Below, one piece after another: positions 1 to 9,011 of a stretch of 38,987 nt of DNA. The notes under the pieces are model-generated. The model made no database searches and was not told the DNA's origin. It saw only the letters and a list, made by a program, of their open reading frames with translations. The position numbers and the translations under genes are program-made. Origin of the DNA: a virus (taxonomy: Duplodnaviria; Caudoviricetes); IMG/VR virus record IMGVR_UViG_3300030098_004222, positions 1-38,987 of that record; one strand, 5' to 3'. Every line of letters starts with the position of its first letter. Position 1 is the stretch's first letter.

Positions 1-1
1 A

Positions 2-352
2 AAAGATGCAGATTTAGAATTATTAATTTATTTAGATTGTAAAGAAAGATTTACACGACAAGAGTTTATAGATGGTGCTTACACGTATTCATGGGATAAA
101 CAAAGATGGGAGAGATTACGAAGTGCGGGTTGGATAGAAGTATGGAGACATCGTAACAGAACAACTATTAAATACTCTGTGTTTAAAACCTCGTTTAAGT
201 GCTCTCAATTAATAAGCAGAATATATAGGGTATTGTTAGGCGAAGAAGATCTTCCAATATCAGAAAGAAGTATATTTTTTAATAATAAATCGTATACAGA
301 TAAAGTTTATAATAAAGCTATAGATGATATGATTAAAGATAAAGATAGATAA
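2..352 (+). CDS. 5'-truncated phage hypothetical protein (possibly winged-helix DNA-binding)
   Basis: Open frame from the window edge (KDADLELLIYLDCKERFTRQEF...WERLRSAGWIEVWRHR...KDKDR) to TAA at 350-352. Absent from the ORF track because the start lies upstream. The wHTH idea is only a guess from the helix-helix-'L..GWIEV' pattern. Confidence 0.75.
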   Translation, partial: KDADLELLIYLDCKERFTRQEFIDGAYTYSWDKQRWERLRSAGWIEVWRHRNRTTIKYSVFKTSFKCSQLISRIYRVLLGEEDLPISERSIFFNNKSYTDKVYNKAIDDMIKDKDR

Positions 353-373
353 TATGGCATTTAAAATGAAAGG
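353..373 (+). repeat. 21-nt direct repeat, copy 1 (tatggcatttaaaatgaaagg), encoding MAFKMKG
   Basis: Exact match to 1211..1231, read directly from the sequence. Confidence 0.9.
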
Positions 374-572
374 TTTTGAGTTTTTTGATTCACCAATAAC
401 TAAAAAAATCGTAAAGAAAGATAAAGAGTTTAAAGCTTGGGCGGATAATGAATTAAAGAACAACGCTAGTAACTGGACTAAAGGTGGTAATAATATAACT
501 TGGGTAGATAGTAAAGGTAGAAGTTTAAGACAAGTGTATGAAGGGGTAAAAAGAGAACAAAGAAAATTATAA
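354..572 (+). CDS. Small basic protein with MAFKMKG N-terminal leader
   Basis: 72-aa ORF tightly packed between neighbours (1-nt gaps); N-terminus identical to ORF 1212..1424. Confidence 0.8.
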   Translation: MAFKMKGFEFFDSPITKKIVKKDKEFKAWADNELKNNASNWTKGGNNITWVDSKGRSLRQVYEGVKREQRKL

Positions 573-573
573 C

Positions 574-1008
574 ATGGGATTTAAACTAGGAACAGGAAAA
601 CAACCATACGCCGTTAACGGTGAAATTAAAAGGAAACTTTCTTTTGATAAAGAAGGTGGAGATTCAGATATATCTGTGCCAGGTACACCTATTATTAGAA
701 AAAAACTAGAGCCTAACGTTAGAGGCGAGGCAAACATGGACGGTAGTATTTATATAAGCAATAAAATAACACCTGGTAGTTTTGAAGAAAAACAAGTTAT
801 AAACCACGAAATGCGCCACGCTACAGACATGAGAACAGGTAAGCTAGAGTATGGAGACGATTATGTTAAGTATAACGGCGACACTTTTATTAGGCAAACA
901 ATAAACGGTAAAGACATGATAAATATATATGGCGAGTGGAAAGAAGCTGGTGACACTGGTTTTCCTTGGGAAGATGACGCTAATAATGGTTATGATGCAA
1001 ATATTTAA
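574..1008 (+). CDS. Zincin-like metallopeptidase (HExxH)
   Basis: GEANMDGSIYI strand, then HEMRH (805-819) and a downstream PWEDDA helix that could supply the third Zn ligand. N-terminus MGFKLG resembles the MAFKMKG leader. Confidence 0.75.
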   Translation: MGFKLGTGKQPYAVNGEIKRKLSFDKEGGDSDISVPGTPIIRKKLEPNVRGEANMDGSIYISNKITPGSFEEKQVINHEMRHATDMRTGKLEYGDDYVKYNGDTFIRQTINGKDMINIYGEWKEAGDTGFPWEDDANNGYDANI

Positions 1009-1207
1009 AGATAACAACGATTGGAACGAAAAATCTATTATAGGCTTTATTGCATTTGCAATAATGTGTGTAATAATGATAATGGATCTGGTTACTGGTT
1101 ATTTTGGTAAAGATTTAGTAATTAATGAATTTGTATACGATTCATTTGTATTTGTAGTACTAGGGTGCTTCGGTATAAGTGGTGTAGAAAAATTCGCAAA
1201 AAAATAA
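992..1207 (+). CDS. Small two-TM membrane protein, holin-like
   Basis: Two hydrophobic stretches (IIGFIAFAIMCVIMIMDLV; FVFVVLGCFGISGV) and a basic C-terminus (EKFAKK). Start at 992 or 995 is more plausible than 929, which overlaps the peptidase by 80 nt. Confidence 0.6.
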   Translation: MMQIFKDNNDWNEKSIIGFIAFAIMCVIMIMDLVTGYFGKDLVINEFVYDSFVFVVLGCFGISGVEKFAKK

Positions 1208-1210
1208 AAT

Positions 1211-1231
1211 TATGGCATTTAAAATGAAAGG
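1211..1231 (+). repeat. 21-nt direct repeat, copy 2, encoding MAFKMKG
   Basis: Exact match to 353..373. Confidence 0.9.
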
Positions 1232-1424
1232 ATCTCCTTATCCTAAAGTTATGAATCAAGGTAAACTAGGTAATCAATTAAAACGTTTTCAAAACGATTT
1301 AAGAAACGCCAAAGATGAAGAAACAAAAAGAAAGATAAAACTAGATATCCAAAGCACTATGGAAGAAATGCAGGCTGCGGGTATGTCTATAGAACAAATA
1401 AAAAACATAGGAGGAAACGCATAA
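1212..1424 (+). CDS. Small helical protein with MAFKMKG leader
   Basis: 70-aa ORF starting MAFKMKGSPYPK; the remainder is unrelated to ORF 354..572. Confidence 0.8.
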   Translation: MAFKMKGSPYPKVMNQGKLGNQLKRFQNDLRNAKDEETKRKIKLDIQSTMEEMQAAGMSIEQIKNIGGNA

Positions 1425-1434
1425 ATAAAATTAA

Positions 1435-1827
1435 ATGAGTATTTTAGGAAAAATATTTTCAGGAGGAGCAAACGATTTAGTAAAAAGTGTAGGCGGTGTT
1501 ATAGACAACTTACATACGTCTAAAGAAGAAAAGCTTGAGGCTGAAAAACAAATTAAAGATATGATAATGGGTTACGAAGCAGAAATGCAAAAACAAGTAA
1601 CCGAAAGATGGAAGGTTGACATGAACAGTGATTCATGGCTTTCTAAAAACATTCGACCAATGACACTTATATTTTTAGTAGTATCTACAGTATTAATAAT
1701 ATTTATTGATGCTGGAGCTATTACTTTTGAAGTTAAGTCTAGTTGGATCGATTTATTACAATTAGTATTAATAACGGTTATTGGTGCCTATTTCGGCGGA
1801 CGTAGCCTTGAAAAAGTAAAAAAATAA
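1435..1827 (+). CDS. Holin, 3TM gene-transfer-release type (GTA_holin_3TM-like)
   Basis: Amphipathic N-terminus, coiled coil, characteristic RWxxDMxSDSWLSKNIRP, two TM helices and a YFGGRSLEK tail. Confidence 0.75.
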   Translation: MSILGKIFSGGANDLVKSVGGVIDNLHTSKEEKLEAEKQIKDMIMGYEAEMQKQVTERWKVDMNSDSWLSKNIRPMTLIFLVVSTVLIIFIDAGAITFEVKSSWIDLLQLVLITVIGAYFGGRSLEKVKK

Positions 1828-1831
1828 AATT

Positions 1832-2248
1832 ATGGGACAAAATTCAACACAAGTAGCTTATGGTTTTGGCCAATTTGGATCGACGTTTTTAAAAGGCGAC
1901 GGTGCTAAGTTGTTGTTAAACGCTGCTACAGCTAAATACTATGTTTGCGCTATTACAATGGTAACAGATGTAACTTTTCAAACTTTAGAATCTCTTGACG
2001 GTGGTGTTAACATGGGTATGGGTGATACTGCTTTTGTGGGAACTGAAACGTTAGCGGTAGACACTATGTGGAACGCGGCCGCGGCAGACACAACAGCTGA
2101 AACCAACGAAGACTCTGATCCAATAGCTACTGCAGATACTTTTCCAAAAGGTATGACTATATATGGTATGTGGGATAATGTAGAGTTAAATTCTGGATCT
2201 GCTGTAGTTTACGTAGCACCAAGACCAGATTATAGAAATAGAGCATAA
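1832..2248 (+). CDS. Putative virion structural protein (small beta-rich)
   Basis: 138-aa A/T/G-rich ORF ending in FPKGMTIYGxW...SGSAVVY; its stop overlaps the next start (TAATG). Confidence 0.55.
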   Translation: MGQNSTQVAYGFGQFGSTFLKGDGAKLLLNAATAKYYVCAITMVTDVTFQTLESLDGGVNMGMGDTAFVGTETLAVDTMWNAAAADTTAETNEDSDPIATADTFPKGMTIYGMWDNVELNSGSAVVYVAPRPDYRNRA

Positions 2249-3027
2249 TGTTAGGGTTAGGAAATACATTAACGGGGGGAGCTCCTTCACCAGAATTTAC
2301 ACCCGCTAGTATATCAAGTTTAGATATTTGGTATGACTTTTCTACTACAACAGCTAGTGATGGTTCTGCTTTTAGTACTCACGCTAATTTAGGTGACGCT
2401 GGTTCTAATTATAACTTAGCCTCTCACGCTAGCGCAGCTAAAAAACCATCAGTAGATACATCTACATTAAACGCTAGATCTGCTTCTTTTGATGGTGGTG
2501 ATTCTTTTATTTTAGATAATCCTTACGCAACAACAGGCGAAACGTTTACCGTTTTTTGGGTTATCAAGAAAAATAATGTTAGTGAATCTGATGTTCTTAT
2601 CGCCGGTACAGAAAGTAGTCCTATAAATCAGATTAAATTAGCTACGGCAAACGCTATAACGATACAATTTAACGGAGAAGTTGATTCAGATAGTGACAAC
2701 AGTGCTGTTAATTTATTTGTTAACAACACAAATAACAGCACGGCTAACGAACCTTTTACAACAGCTACTAATATTTACGTATTAACTAAAACAGCTGATG
2801 AAACTGTAAAACTATACAGTAAAGACAATTTTGTTGGACAAGCTACAGCTAATGAAAGTGGAGATGAGACTACTAATCTTAGATTTGAAAGAATTGGGGC
2901 AGAATCCGATAGTGGTAGCGCTTTAACAGCGCATATTGGCGAAATGGGTATATACAACGCTGTTATTTCAGATGCAGATAGAAACAGCTTAATTAATCAT
3001 TTAAAAACTAAATGGGGATTATCATAA
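2248..3027 (+). CDS. LamG/concanavalin-A-like jelly-roll protein, putative fibre or decoration protein
   Basis: MLGLG start, LDIWYDFS, SFDGGD, FTVFWVIK and a C-terminal IGEMGIYNAVISDADRNSLINHLKTKWG typical of phage LamG-like domains. Confidence 0.65.
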   Translation: MLGLGNTLTGGAPSPEFTPASISSLDIWYDFSTTTASDGSAFSTHANLGDAGSNYNLASHASAAKKPSVDTSTLNARSASFDGGDSFILDNPYATTGETFTVFWVIKKNNVSESDVLIAGTESSPINQIKLATANAITIQFNGEVDSDSDNSAVNLFVNNTNNSTANEPFTTATNIYVLTKTADETVKLYSKDNFVGQATANESGDETTNLRFERIGAESDSGSALTAHIGEMGIYNAVISDADRNSLINHLKTKWGLS

Positions 3028-3055
3028 ACAATTATTAACAATTAAATTTAATAAA

Positions 3056-3334
3056 ATGGCAAAAACAAAAACGGCGGAAAAACCGTCAAAAATTACAAAC
3101 GAAGAATTAAATAAAGTACAATCTACAATAAACGACATAAATAGAGTTCAACTAGAAATAGGTAGCTTTGAGTCTAAAAAACATAGTTTATTGCACCATG
3201 TATCTATTTTACAAGAATCATTAGGTGAAATGCAAAAAGAATTTAATGATAAATACGGTACATCTGATATTAACATTCAAGACGGTACTATAAATTATAC
3301 AAAAGAAAATGGCAAAGTTAATAAGAAAAATTAG
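3056..3334 (+). CDS. Hypothetical coiled-coil protein
   Basis: 92-aa ORF with heptad pattern and a YGxxDINIQDG tail; A-rich leader. Confidence 0.7.
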   Translation: MAKTKTAEKPSKITNEELNKVQSTINDINRVQLEIGSFESKKHSLLHHVSILQESLGEMQKEFNDKYGTSDINIQDGTINYTKENGKVNKKN

Positions 3335-3530
3335 TATTGGTAAAGACTACAAAAGCGACGCGATGCATTACGCTGTTGGTCAAGAAGTTTACGGTGGACA
3401 TACTATTTGTGATATAATAGAAGAAGAAGACAAGTTTTCTATTTATATTAAAAAAGGTCTAGACGTTTTACCTTGGAAAGACTTTAATAAAAATATGGCC
3501 GTTTCTGTAGAATATAACTTAGAGTATTAA
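3309..3530 (+). CDS. Hypothetical beta-rich phage protein
   Basis: 73-aa ORF, translationally coupled to the next gene (TAATG). Confidence 0.7.
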   Translation: MAKLIRKISIGKDYKSDAMHYAVGQEVYGGHTICDIIEEEDKFSIYIKKGLDVLPWKDFNKNMAVSVEYNLEY

Positions 3531-4120
3531 TGAAAGCTCCTTTTGACTTTGTTATAGAGCCAAAAGGTAATAGATATAATAATACTAAAAAAGTTGGTGA
3601 TAAAAACCTTATTGTTAACGCTGAAATATATAATCACCAATTTGTAAATAGAGAAGCTATTGTTAAATCTATTCCTACAGCTTTTAAAACCAATATAAAA
3701 CCTGGTGACACCGTTGTAGTGCACCACAACGTATTTAGACGTTGGCACGATATGCAGGGCAACGAAAAGAACAGTAGAAGTTATTTTAACGAAAACACAT
3801 ATCTTGTAAAACCAGATCAAGTGTTTTTATATAAAAGAAATAATAAATGGCGAGCTACAGACGGGTATTGTTTTGTGCAACCAATAAAGCAAAGAGACAA
3901 ACTAAAACCAGGCAAAGAAGAAGATTGTATAGGTGTAGTTAAATATACTGATGGTGTTAATGACATTGGTGCTCTTGTAGGGTTTACACCTTTTTCAACT
4001 TACGAATTTATAATCGATAGTAAAAGATTATATAGGGTTTTAAATAAATTTATTACAATTAAATATGAATATCAAGGAAACGAAGAAACGTATAATCCAA
4101 GCTGGGCAAAAAGCAGTTGA
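3530..4120 (+). CDS. Tandem GroES (Cpn10)-like protein
   Basis: Two GroES-like halves: DFVIEP...AIVKSIP...IKPGDTVVV, and YCFVQP...GVVKY...VGFTPFSTYEFIIDSKRLYRV (compare GroES V.VGD.VLF.KYAGTEVKIDGEEYLIL). Confidence 0.55.
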   Translation: MKAPFDFVIEPKGNRYNNTKKVGDKNLIVNAEIYNHQFVNREAIVKSIPTAFKTNIKPGDTVVVHHNVFRRWHDMQGNEKNSRSYFNENTYLVKPDQVFLYKRNNKWRATDGYCFVQPIKQRDKLKPGKEEDCIGVVKYTDGVNDIGALVGFTPFSTYEFIIDSKRLYRVLNKFITIKYEYQGNEETYNPSWAKSS

Positions 4121-4340
4121 TGAATTAATTAAAGTAGCTAAAGAGGCCATTGTTGATTCAGATGATGATATTTCTGCTGATAGATTAAAGAACGCTGCAG
4201 CTACTAAAAAACTAGCAATATTTGACGCGTTTGAAATACTTAACAGAATCCAAGAAGAAGAAAACTTGCTTGAGGGAAAAGCACCTGAAGAGAGAAAGGA
4301 AAAAATCTTTAAAGGATTCGCAGAAGGTAGATCTAAATAA
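4065..4340 (+). CDS. Putative terminase small subunit
   Basis: 91-aa helical protein directly upstream of and coupled (TAATG) to TerL; positional inference. Confidence 0.5.
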   Translation: MNIKETKKRIIQAGQKAVDELIKVAKEAIVDSDDDISADRLKNAAATKKLAIFDAFEILNRIQEEENLLEGKAPEERKEKIFKGFAEGRSK

Positions 4341-6553
4341 TGTACGAGCAAAATTTAGTTAAGGCTGTAGAGCCTATAAAAAACACAACTGTAACACGTA
4401 TGAATCGTGGTAAGAAATGGAAGTACGGTTACAATAAAGAGCATGATTTAATTGTATTATCTCATAATGGTGTTATTGGTGATATCATAGAGATACAAAA
4501 TTTAATTATAGCGCTGCCTAAACCACCTAAAGAAATATATAAACATCCAGACAACAAGTGGGTTAAGCAAGAGTATCCTAAAGAGTTACAAAGGATTAAA
4601 AATATATTTGATTGGAGGGGTTATCCGGAAAACAACAAAGAAAAATGGTACGATTATATAGATGAAGAATTTAGAAGACGAGAAGAAGGCTTCTGGTTTG
4701 TTAATAATGGTAAACCAACCTGGATAACCGGCACGCACTATATGTATTTACAATGGAGCAAAATAGACGTAGGTGCTCCTGATTTTAGAGAAGCTAACAG
4801 GTTATTTTATATATTCTGGGAAGCTTGCAAAGCAGATAAAAGATGTTACGGTATGTGTTATCTTAAAAACCGTAGATCTGGCTTTTCTTTTATGTCTAGT
4901 GCGGAAACAGTTAATTTAGCTACTATATCAAGTGATAGTAGATATGGGATACTTTCTAAAACAGGTAGTGATGCTAAAAAAATGTTTACAGATAAAGTTG
5001 TGCCAATATCGGTTAACTATCCTTTTTTCTTTAAACCAATACAAGACGGTATGGATAGACCTAAAACAGAATTAGCCTATAGGGTACCAGCTAGTAAGTT
5101 TACACGAAAAAAAATAACCGCTAACGAAAAAGTTGAAGAATTACAAGGACTAGATACAACTATTGACTGGAAGAACACGGGAGATAATAGTTATGATGGT
5201 GAAAAGCTAAACTTGTTAGTACACGATGAAAGTGGTAAATGGGAAAGACCTGATAATATATTAAACAACTGGAGAGTTACAAAAACATGTTTAAGATTAG
5301 GTAGTAGAATTATTGGTAAGTGTATGATGGGTTCAACTAGCAACGCTCTTGATAAAGGAGGTGATAACTTTAAAAAATTATATTATGATTCCGATGTCAC
5401 AAAAAGAAATAGAAATGGACAGACAAAAAGTGGTTTATACTCTTTGTTTATCCCAATGGAATGGAACTATGAAGGATTTATTGACCAATTCGGACTTCCT
5501 GTTTTTACTGACCCGAACAATGATATTATCGGACCAGATGGAGAACTAATAGATATAGGTGTTATTAATCATTGGGAAAACGAAGCGCAAGGTTTAAAAC
5601 AAGATCAAGATGCTTTAAACGAGTTTTATAGACAATTCCCAAGAACTGAAGAACACGCGTTTAGAGACGAAGCAAAAAATAGCATATTTAATTTAGTAAA
5701 AATATACGAACAAATAGATTATAATGACGGTATAGGTAATACCGCTAATGTTAATACAGGAAATTTTCAATGGGTTAATGGCATTAAAGATACACAAGTT
5801 ATATTTTACCCAGACCCCAAAGGTAGATTTAATATAAGTTGGACGCCACAACCGCATTTACAAAATAAGATTATAATAAAAAACGGAATAAGACATCCTG
5901 GTAACGAACACATGGGCGCTTTTGGATGTGATTCGTATGATATATCGGGAACAGTGGACGGTAGAGGATCTAATGGGGCTTTGCATGGACTTACTAAATT
6001 TAGCATGGAAGACGCTCCACCAAACCACTTTTTTTTAGAATACATAGCGAGACCTCAAACGGCTGAAATATTTTTTGAAGATGTGTTAATGTCTTTAGTG
6101 TTTTATGGCATGCCGTTACTTGCAGAGAATAATAAACCTAGATTACTGTATTATTTAAGAAGAAGAGGTTATAGGGGTTATTCAATGAATAGACCTGATA
6201 GAATTTGGAATAAATTATCTACAACTGAAAAAGAAATAGGAGGTATACCAAATTCAAGTGAAGACATTAAGCAAGCTCATGCAGCGGCTATAGAAATGTA
6301 TATACAACAATATGTTGGTCATTTAGGTGACGGTAACTATGGTAATATATATTTTAACAAAACGTTAAACTATTGGGGTAAATTTGATATTACAAAAAGA
6401 ACAAAGTTTGACGCATCAATTAGTTCTGGTTTAGCAATAATGGCGTGTAATAGGCATTTATATAGACCAAATGCTAAAGTAGAAAAACCAAAATTAAACA
6501 TAAGTATTTCTAAGTATAAGAATACTGGTAATACGTCTAAAATAATAAAATAA
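4340..6553 (+). CDS. terL: Terminase large subunit
   Basis: Walker-A-like KNRRSGFS, Walker B LLVHDESGKW, motif III MGST, and RNase-H-like nuclease acidic motifs GCDSYD and FDASISSG; directly upstream of the portal. Confidence 0.92.
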   Translation: MYEQNLVKAVEPIKNTTVTRMNRGKKWKYGYNKEHDLIVLSHNGVIGDIIEIQNLIIALPKPPKEIYKHPDNKWVKQEYPKELQRIKNIFDWRGYPENNKEKWYDYIDEEFRRREEGFWFVNNGKPTWITGTHYMYLQWSKIDVGAPDFREANRLFYIFWEACKADKRCYGMCYLKNRRSGFSFMSSAETVNLATISSDSRYGILSKTGSDAKKMFTDKVVPISVNYPFFFKPIQDGMDRPKTELAYRVPASKFTRKKITANEKVEELQGLDTTIDWKNTGDNSYDGEKLNLLVHDESGKWERPDNILNNWRVTKTCLRLGSRIIGKCMMGSTSNALDKGGDNFKKLYYDSDVTKRNRNGQTKSGLYSLFIPMEWNYEGFIDQFGLPVFTDPNNDIIGPDGELIDIGVINHWENEAQGLKQDQDALNEFYRQFPRTEEHAFRDEAKNSIFNLVKIYEQIDYNDGIGNTANVNTGNFQWVNGIKDTQVIFYPDPKGRFNISWTPQPHLQNKIIIKNGIRHPGNEHMGAFGCDSYDISGTVDGRGSNGALHGLTKFSMEDAPPNHFFLEYIARPQTAEIFFEDVLMSLVFYGMPLLAENNKPRLLYYLRRRGYRGYSMNRPDRIWNKLSTTEKEIGGIPNSSEDIKQAHAAAIEMYIQQYVGHLGDGNYGNIYFNKTLNYWGKFDITKRTKFDASISSGLAIMACNRHLYRPNAKVEKPKLNISISKYKNTGNTSKIIK

Positions 6554-6557
6554 AAAT

Positions 6558-8981
6558 ATGGCAGAGTCTGTTGTAAATAAATATTTTCCAAGTCAAGTAG
6601 TTAGTGACGCTGAAAAGCTTAGTTATGATTACGGTTTAAAAGTAGCTAAAGCTATAGAGTCAGAGTGGTTTCATCAAGATAAAGGATACACAAGACACAC
6701 AACTAATCAAAACAACTTTCACACACTTAGATTATACGCTAGAGGAGAACAATCAATCCAAAAATATAAAGATGAGTTATCTATAAACGGAGACTTATCT
6801 TATCTTAATTTAGACTGGACCCCAGTCCCAATAATTCCAAAATTTGTAGACATAGTAGTAAACGGTATATCAGAAAGATTATATGATGTAAAGGCTTATT
6901 CTCAAGACCCATACGGTGTCGCTAAAAGAACAGAGTACATGCAATCAGTGCTCGGTGATATGGCTACTAAAGAAATGAACGATTTTTCTATGGAAAACTT
7001 TGGTGTAAACTTGTATCAAAATGATCCTGAAACTTTACCTGAAACAAAAGAAGAATTAGAGTTGCACATGCAGTTGACTTATAAGCAAGCTGTAGAAATA
7101 GCAGAAGAACAAGCTATTAATGTTTTAATGAATGGCAACAATTACGATTTAATACAAAAAAGATTTTATTACGATCTAACAGTCTTAGGTATAGGTGCTG
7201 TTAAAACAAGTTTTAATACTTCAGAAGGTGTAACTATAGATTATGTTGATCCAGCTGACTTAGTTTACTCTTATACGGAATCTCCTTATTTTGAAGATAT
7301 TTACTATGTTGGAGAAGTAAAAACAATACCTATTAATGAATTAGCAAAGCAATTTCCACATTTAACGCATGAAGACTTAGAAGAGATAATAAGTAGTAAA
7401 TCAGCCTATACTAGTAACTACAACGGAGGTGTAAACACAGATAAAGAAATAGATAATAATACCTTGCAGGTTTTATATTTTAATTATAAAACTTACATGA
7501 ACGAAGTTTACAAAGTGAAAGAAACTAGTTCTGGAGCTGAAAAAGCTATTGAAAAAGACGATCAATTTAATCCACCTGAAAACATGGAGGGAGGATACTC
7601 AAGGTTACAAAGAGCTATAGAAGTTTTATATGAAGGTGCTTTAGTTTTAGGCACTAATAAATTACTAAAATGGGAAATGGCTAAAAACATGATACGCCCT
7701 AAAAGTGATTTTACGAAAGTAAAAATGAATTACTCTTTAGTTGCTCCAAGAATGTATAAAGGTAAAATTGATTCTTTAGTGAAGCGTATTACTGGTTTTG
7801 CTGACATGATACAATTAACACACTTAAAGCTTCAACAGGTTATGTCACGTATGATGCCTGATGGTGTTTATTTAGACGCGGACGGTCTTGCTGAAATAGA
7901 TTTAGGTAATGGAACAAATTATAATCCACAAGAAGCTTTAAATATGTTTTTTCAAACAGGTAGTGTTATTGGAAGAAGTATGACTTCAGAAGGTGATATG
8001 AATCCTGGTAGAGTACCTATACAAGAAATAACTAGCTCTGCTGGTGGTAACAAAATGCAAGCTCTTATTGGTAACTATAATTATTATTTACAAATGATAA
8101 GAGACGTAACCGGATTAAATGAGGCTAGAGACGGTAGTATGCCTGACGCAAAAGCTTTAGTAGGTGTACAGAAAATAGCAGCAGCTAATTCTAACACAGC
8201 AACTAGACATATATTAAACTCTGGTTTATATTTAACCACTCAAGTAGCTGAGTGTTTGTCTTTAAGAATATCTGATATTATTGAGTATTCACCAACAAAA
8301 GATGCTTTTATACAATCTATTGGCGTGCACAATGTTGCTACGTTAGAAGAAATGGCAAGCTTGCATTTATATGATTTTGGTATATTTATAGAATTAGCTC
8401 CAGATGAAGAAGAAAAAGCATTATTAGAAAATAATATACAACAAGCTTTAGCTCAAAAAAGTATAGAACTAGAAGATGCTATTGATTTAAGAGAAATAAA
8501 AAATATAAAATTAGCTAACCAGTTGTTGAAAATAAGAAGAATAAGAAAATCAGAAAGAGATCAAATGATACAACAACAAAATATACAAGCTCAATCTGAA
8601 GCTAATATGCAAGCTCAACAAGCTGCAGCACAAATAGAAATGCAAAAGCAACAAGCTATAGCTCAATCTGAAGCGCAACTAGAGCAAATGAGGGCTCAAA
8701 TGGAGTCACAAAAACTATTACAAGAAGCTGAAGTTAAAAAACAACTAATGGAGCAAGAGTTTCAATACAACATGCAGCTTAGAAGTATGGATATGCAAAC
8801 AGTCATGGAAAGAGAAAAAAGTAAAGAAGATAGAAAAGACGAAAGAACAAGGATTCAAGCAACTCAACAGAGTGAGCTTATAGACCAAAGAAAAACTGAA
8901 AAACCACCTAAAAACTTTGAATCAGCAGGTAATGATATAGTTAGCGGTGACTTTGGTTTAGGGGCTTTTGAACCTAAGTAA
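6558..8981 (+). CDS. Portal protein
   Basis: 807 aa after TerL; PIIPKFVDIVVNG and IRDVTGLNEARDG motifs; long Q/E-rich C-terminal coiled coil like the P22-type portal barrel. Confidence 0.88.
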   Translation: MAESVVNKYFPSQVVSDAEKLSYDYGLKVAKAIESEWFHQDKGYTRHTTNQNNFHTLRLYARGEQSIQKYKDELSINGDLSYLNLDWTPVPIIPKFVDIVVNGISERLYDVKAYSQDPYGVAKRTEYMQSVLGDMATKEMNDFSMENFGVNLYQNDPETLPETKEELELHMQLTYKQAVEIAEEQAINVLMNGNNYDLIQKRFYYDLTVLGIGAVKTSFNTSEGVTIDYVDPADLVYSYTESPYFEDIYYVGEVKTIPINELAKQFPHLTHEDLEEIISSKSAYTSNYNGGVNTDKEIDNNTLQVLYFNYKTYMNEVYKVKETSSGAEKAIEKDDQFNPPENMEGGYSRLQRAIEVLYEGALVLGTNKLLKWEMAKNMIRPKSDFTKVKMNYSLVAPRMYKGKIDSLVKRITGFADMIQLTHLKLQQVMSRMMPDGVYLDADGLAEIDLGNGTNYNPQEALNMFFQTGSVIGRSMTSEGDMNPGRVPIQEITSSAGGNKMQALIGNYNYYLQMIRDVTGLNEARDGSMPDAKALVGVQKIAAANSNTATRHILNSGLYLTTQVAECLSLRISDIIEYSPTKDAFIQSIGVHNVATLEEMASLHLYDFGIFIELAPDEEEKALLENNIQQALAQKSIELEDAIDLREIKNIKLANQLLKIRRIRKSERDQMIQQQNIQAQSEANMQAQQAAAQIEMQKQQAIAQSEAQLEQMRAQMESQKLLQEAEVKKQLMEQEFQYNMQLRSMDMQTVMEREKSKEDRKDERTRIQATQQSELIDQRKTEKPPKNFESAGNDIVSGDFGLGAFEPK

Positions 8982-9011
8982 ACAATTTTATTAATTATAT
9001 AATATTTTATT

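Noticed and set aside
929-991. Extended N-terminus of the 2-TM protein as given in the ORF track
   Set aside because: It overlaps the conserved PWE motif region of the peptidase; ATG at 992 or 995 gives a more typical short overlap.
5349-5549. Alternate-frame + strand ORFs inside terL (5349..5549) and the muzzle gene (18408..18590)
   Set aside because: Short, fully nested, non-ATG starts and no recognisable motifs.
4340-6553. Intron or intein in the terminase
   Set aside because: The ORF is continuous, of ordinary length, with no intein C/HN termini or LAGLIDADG motifs seen.
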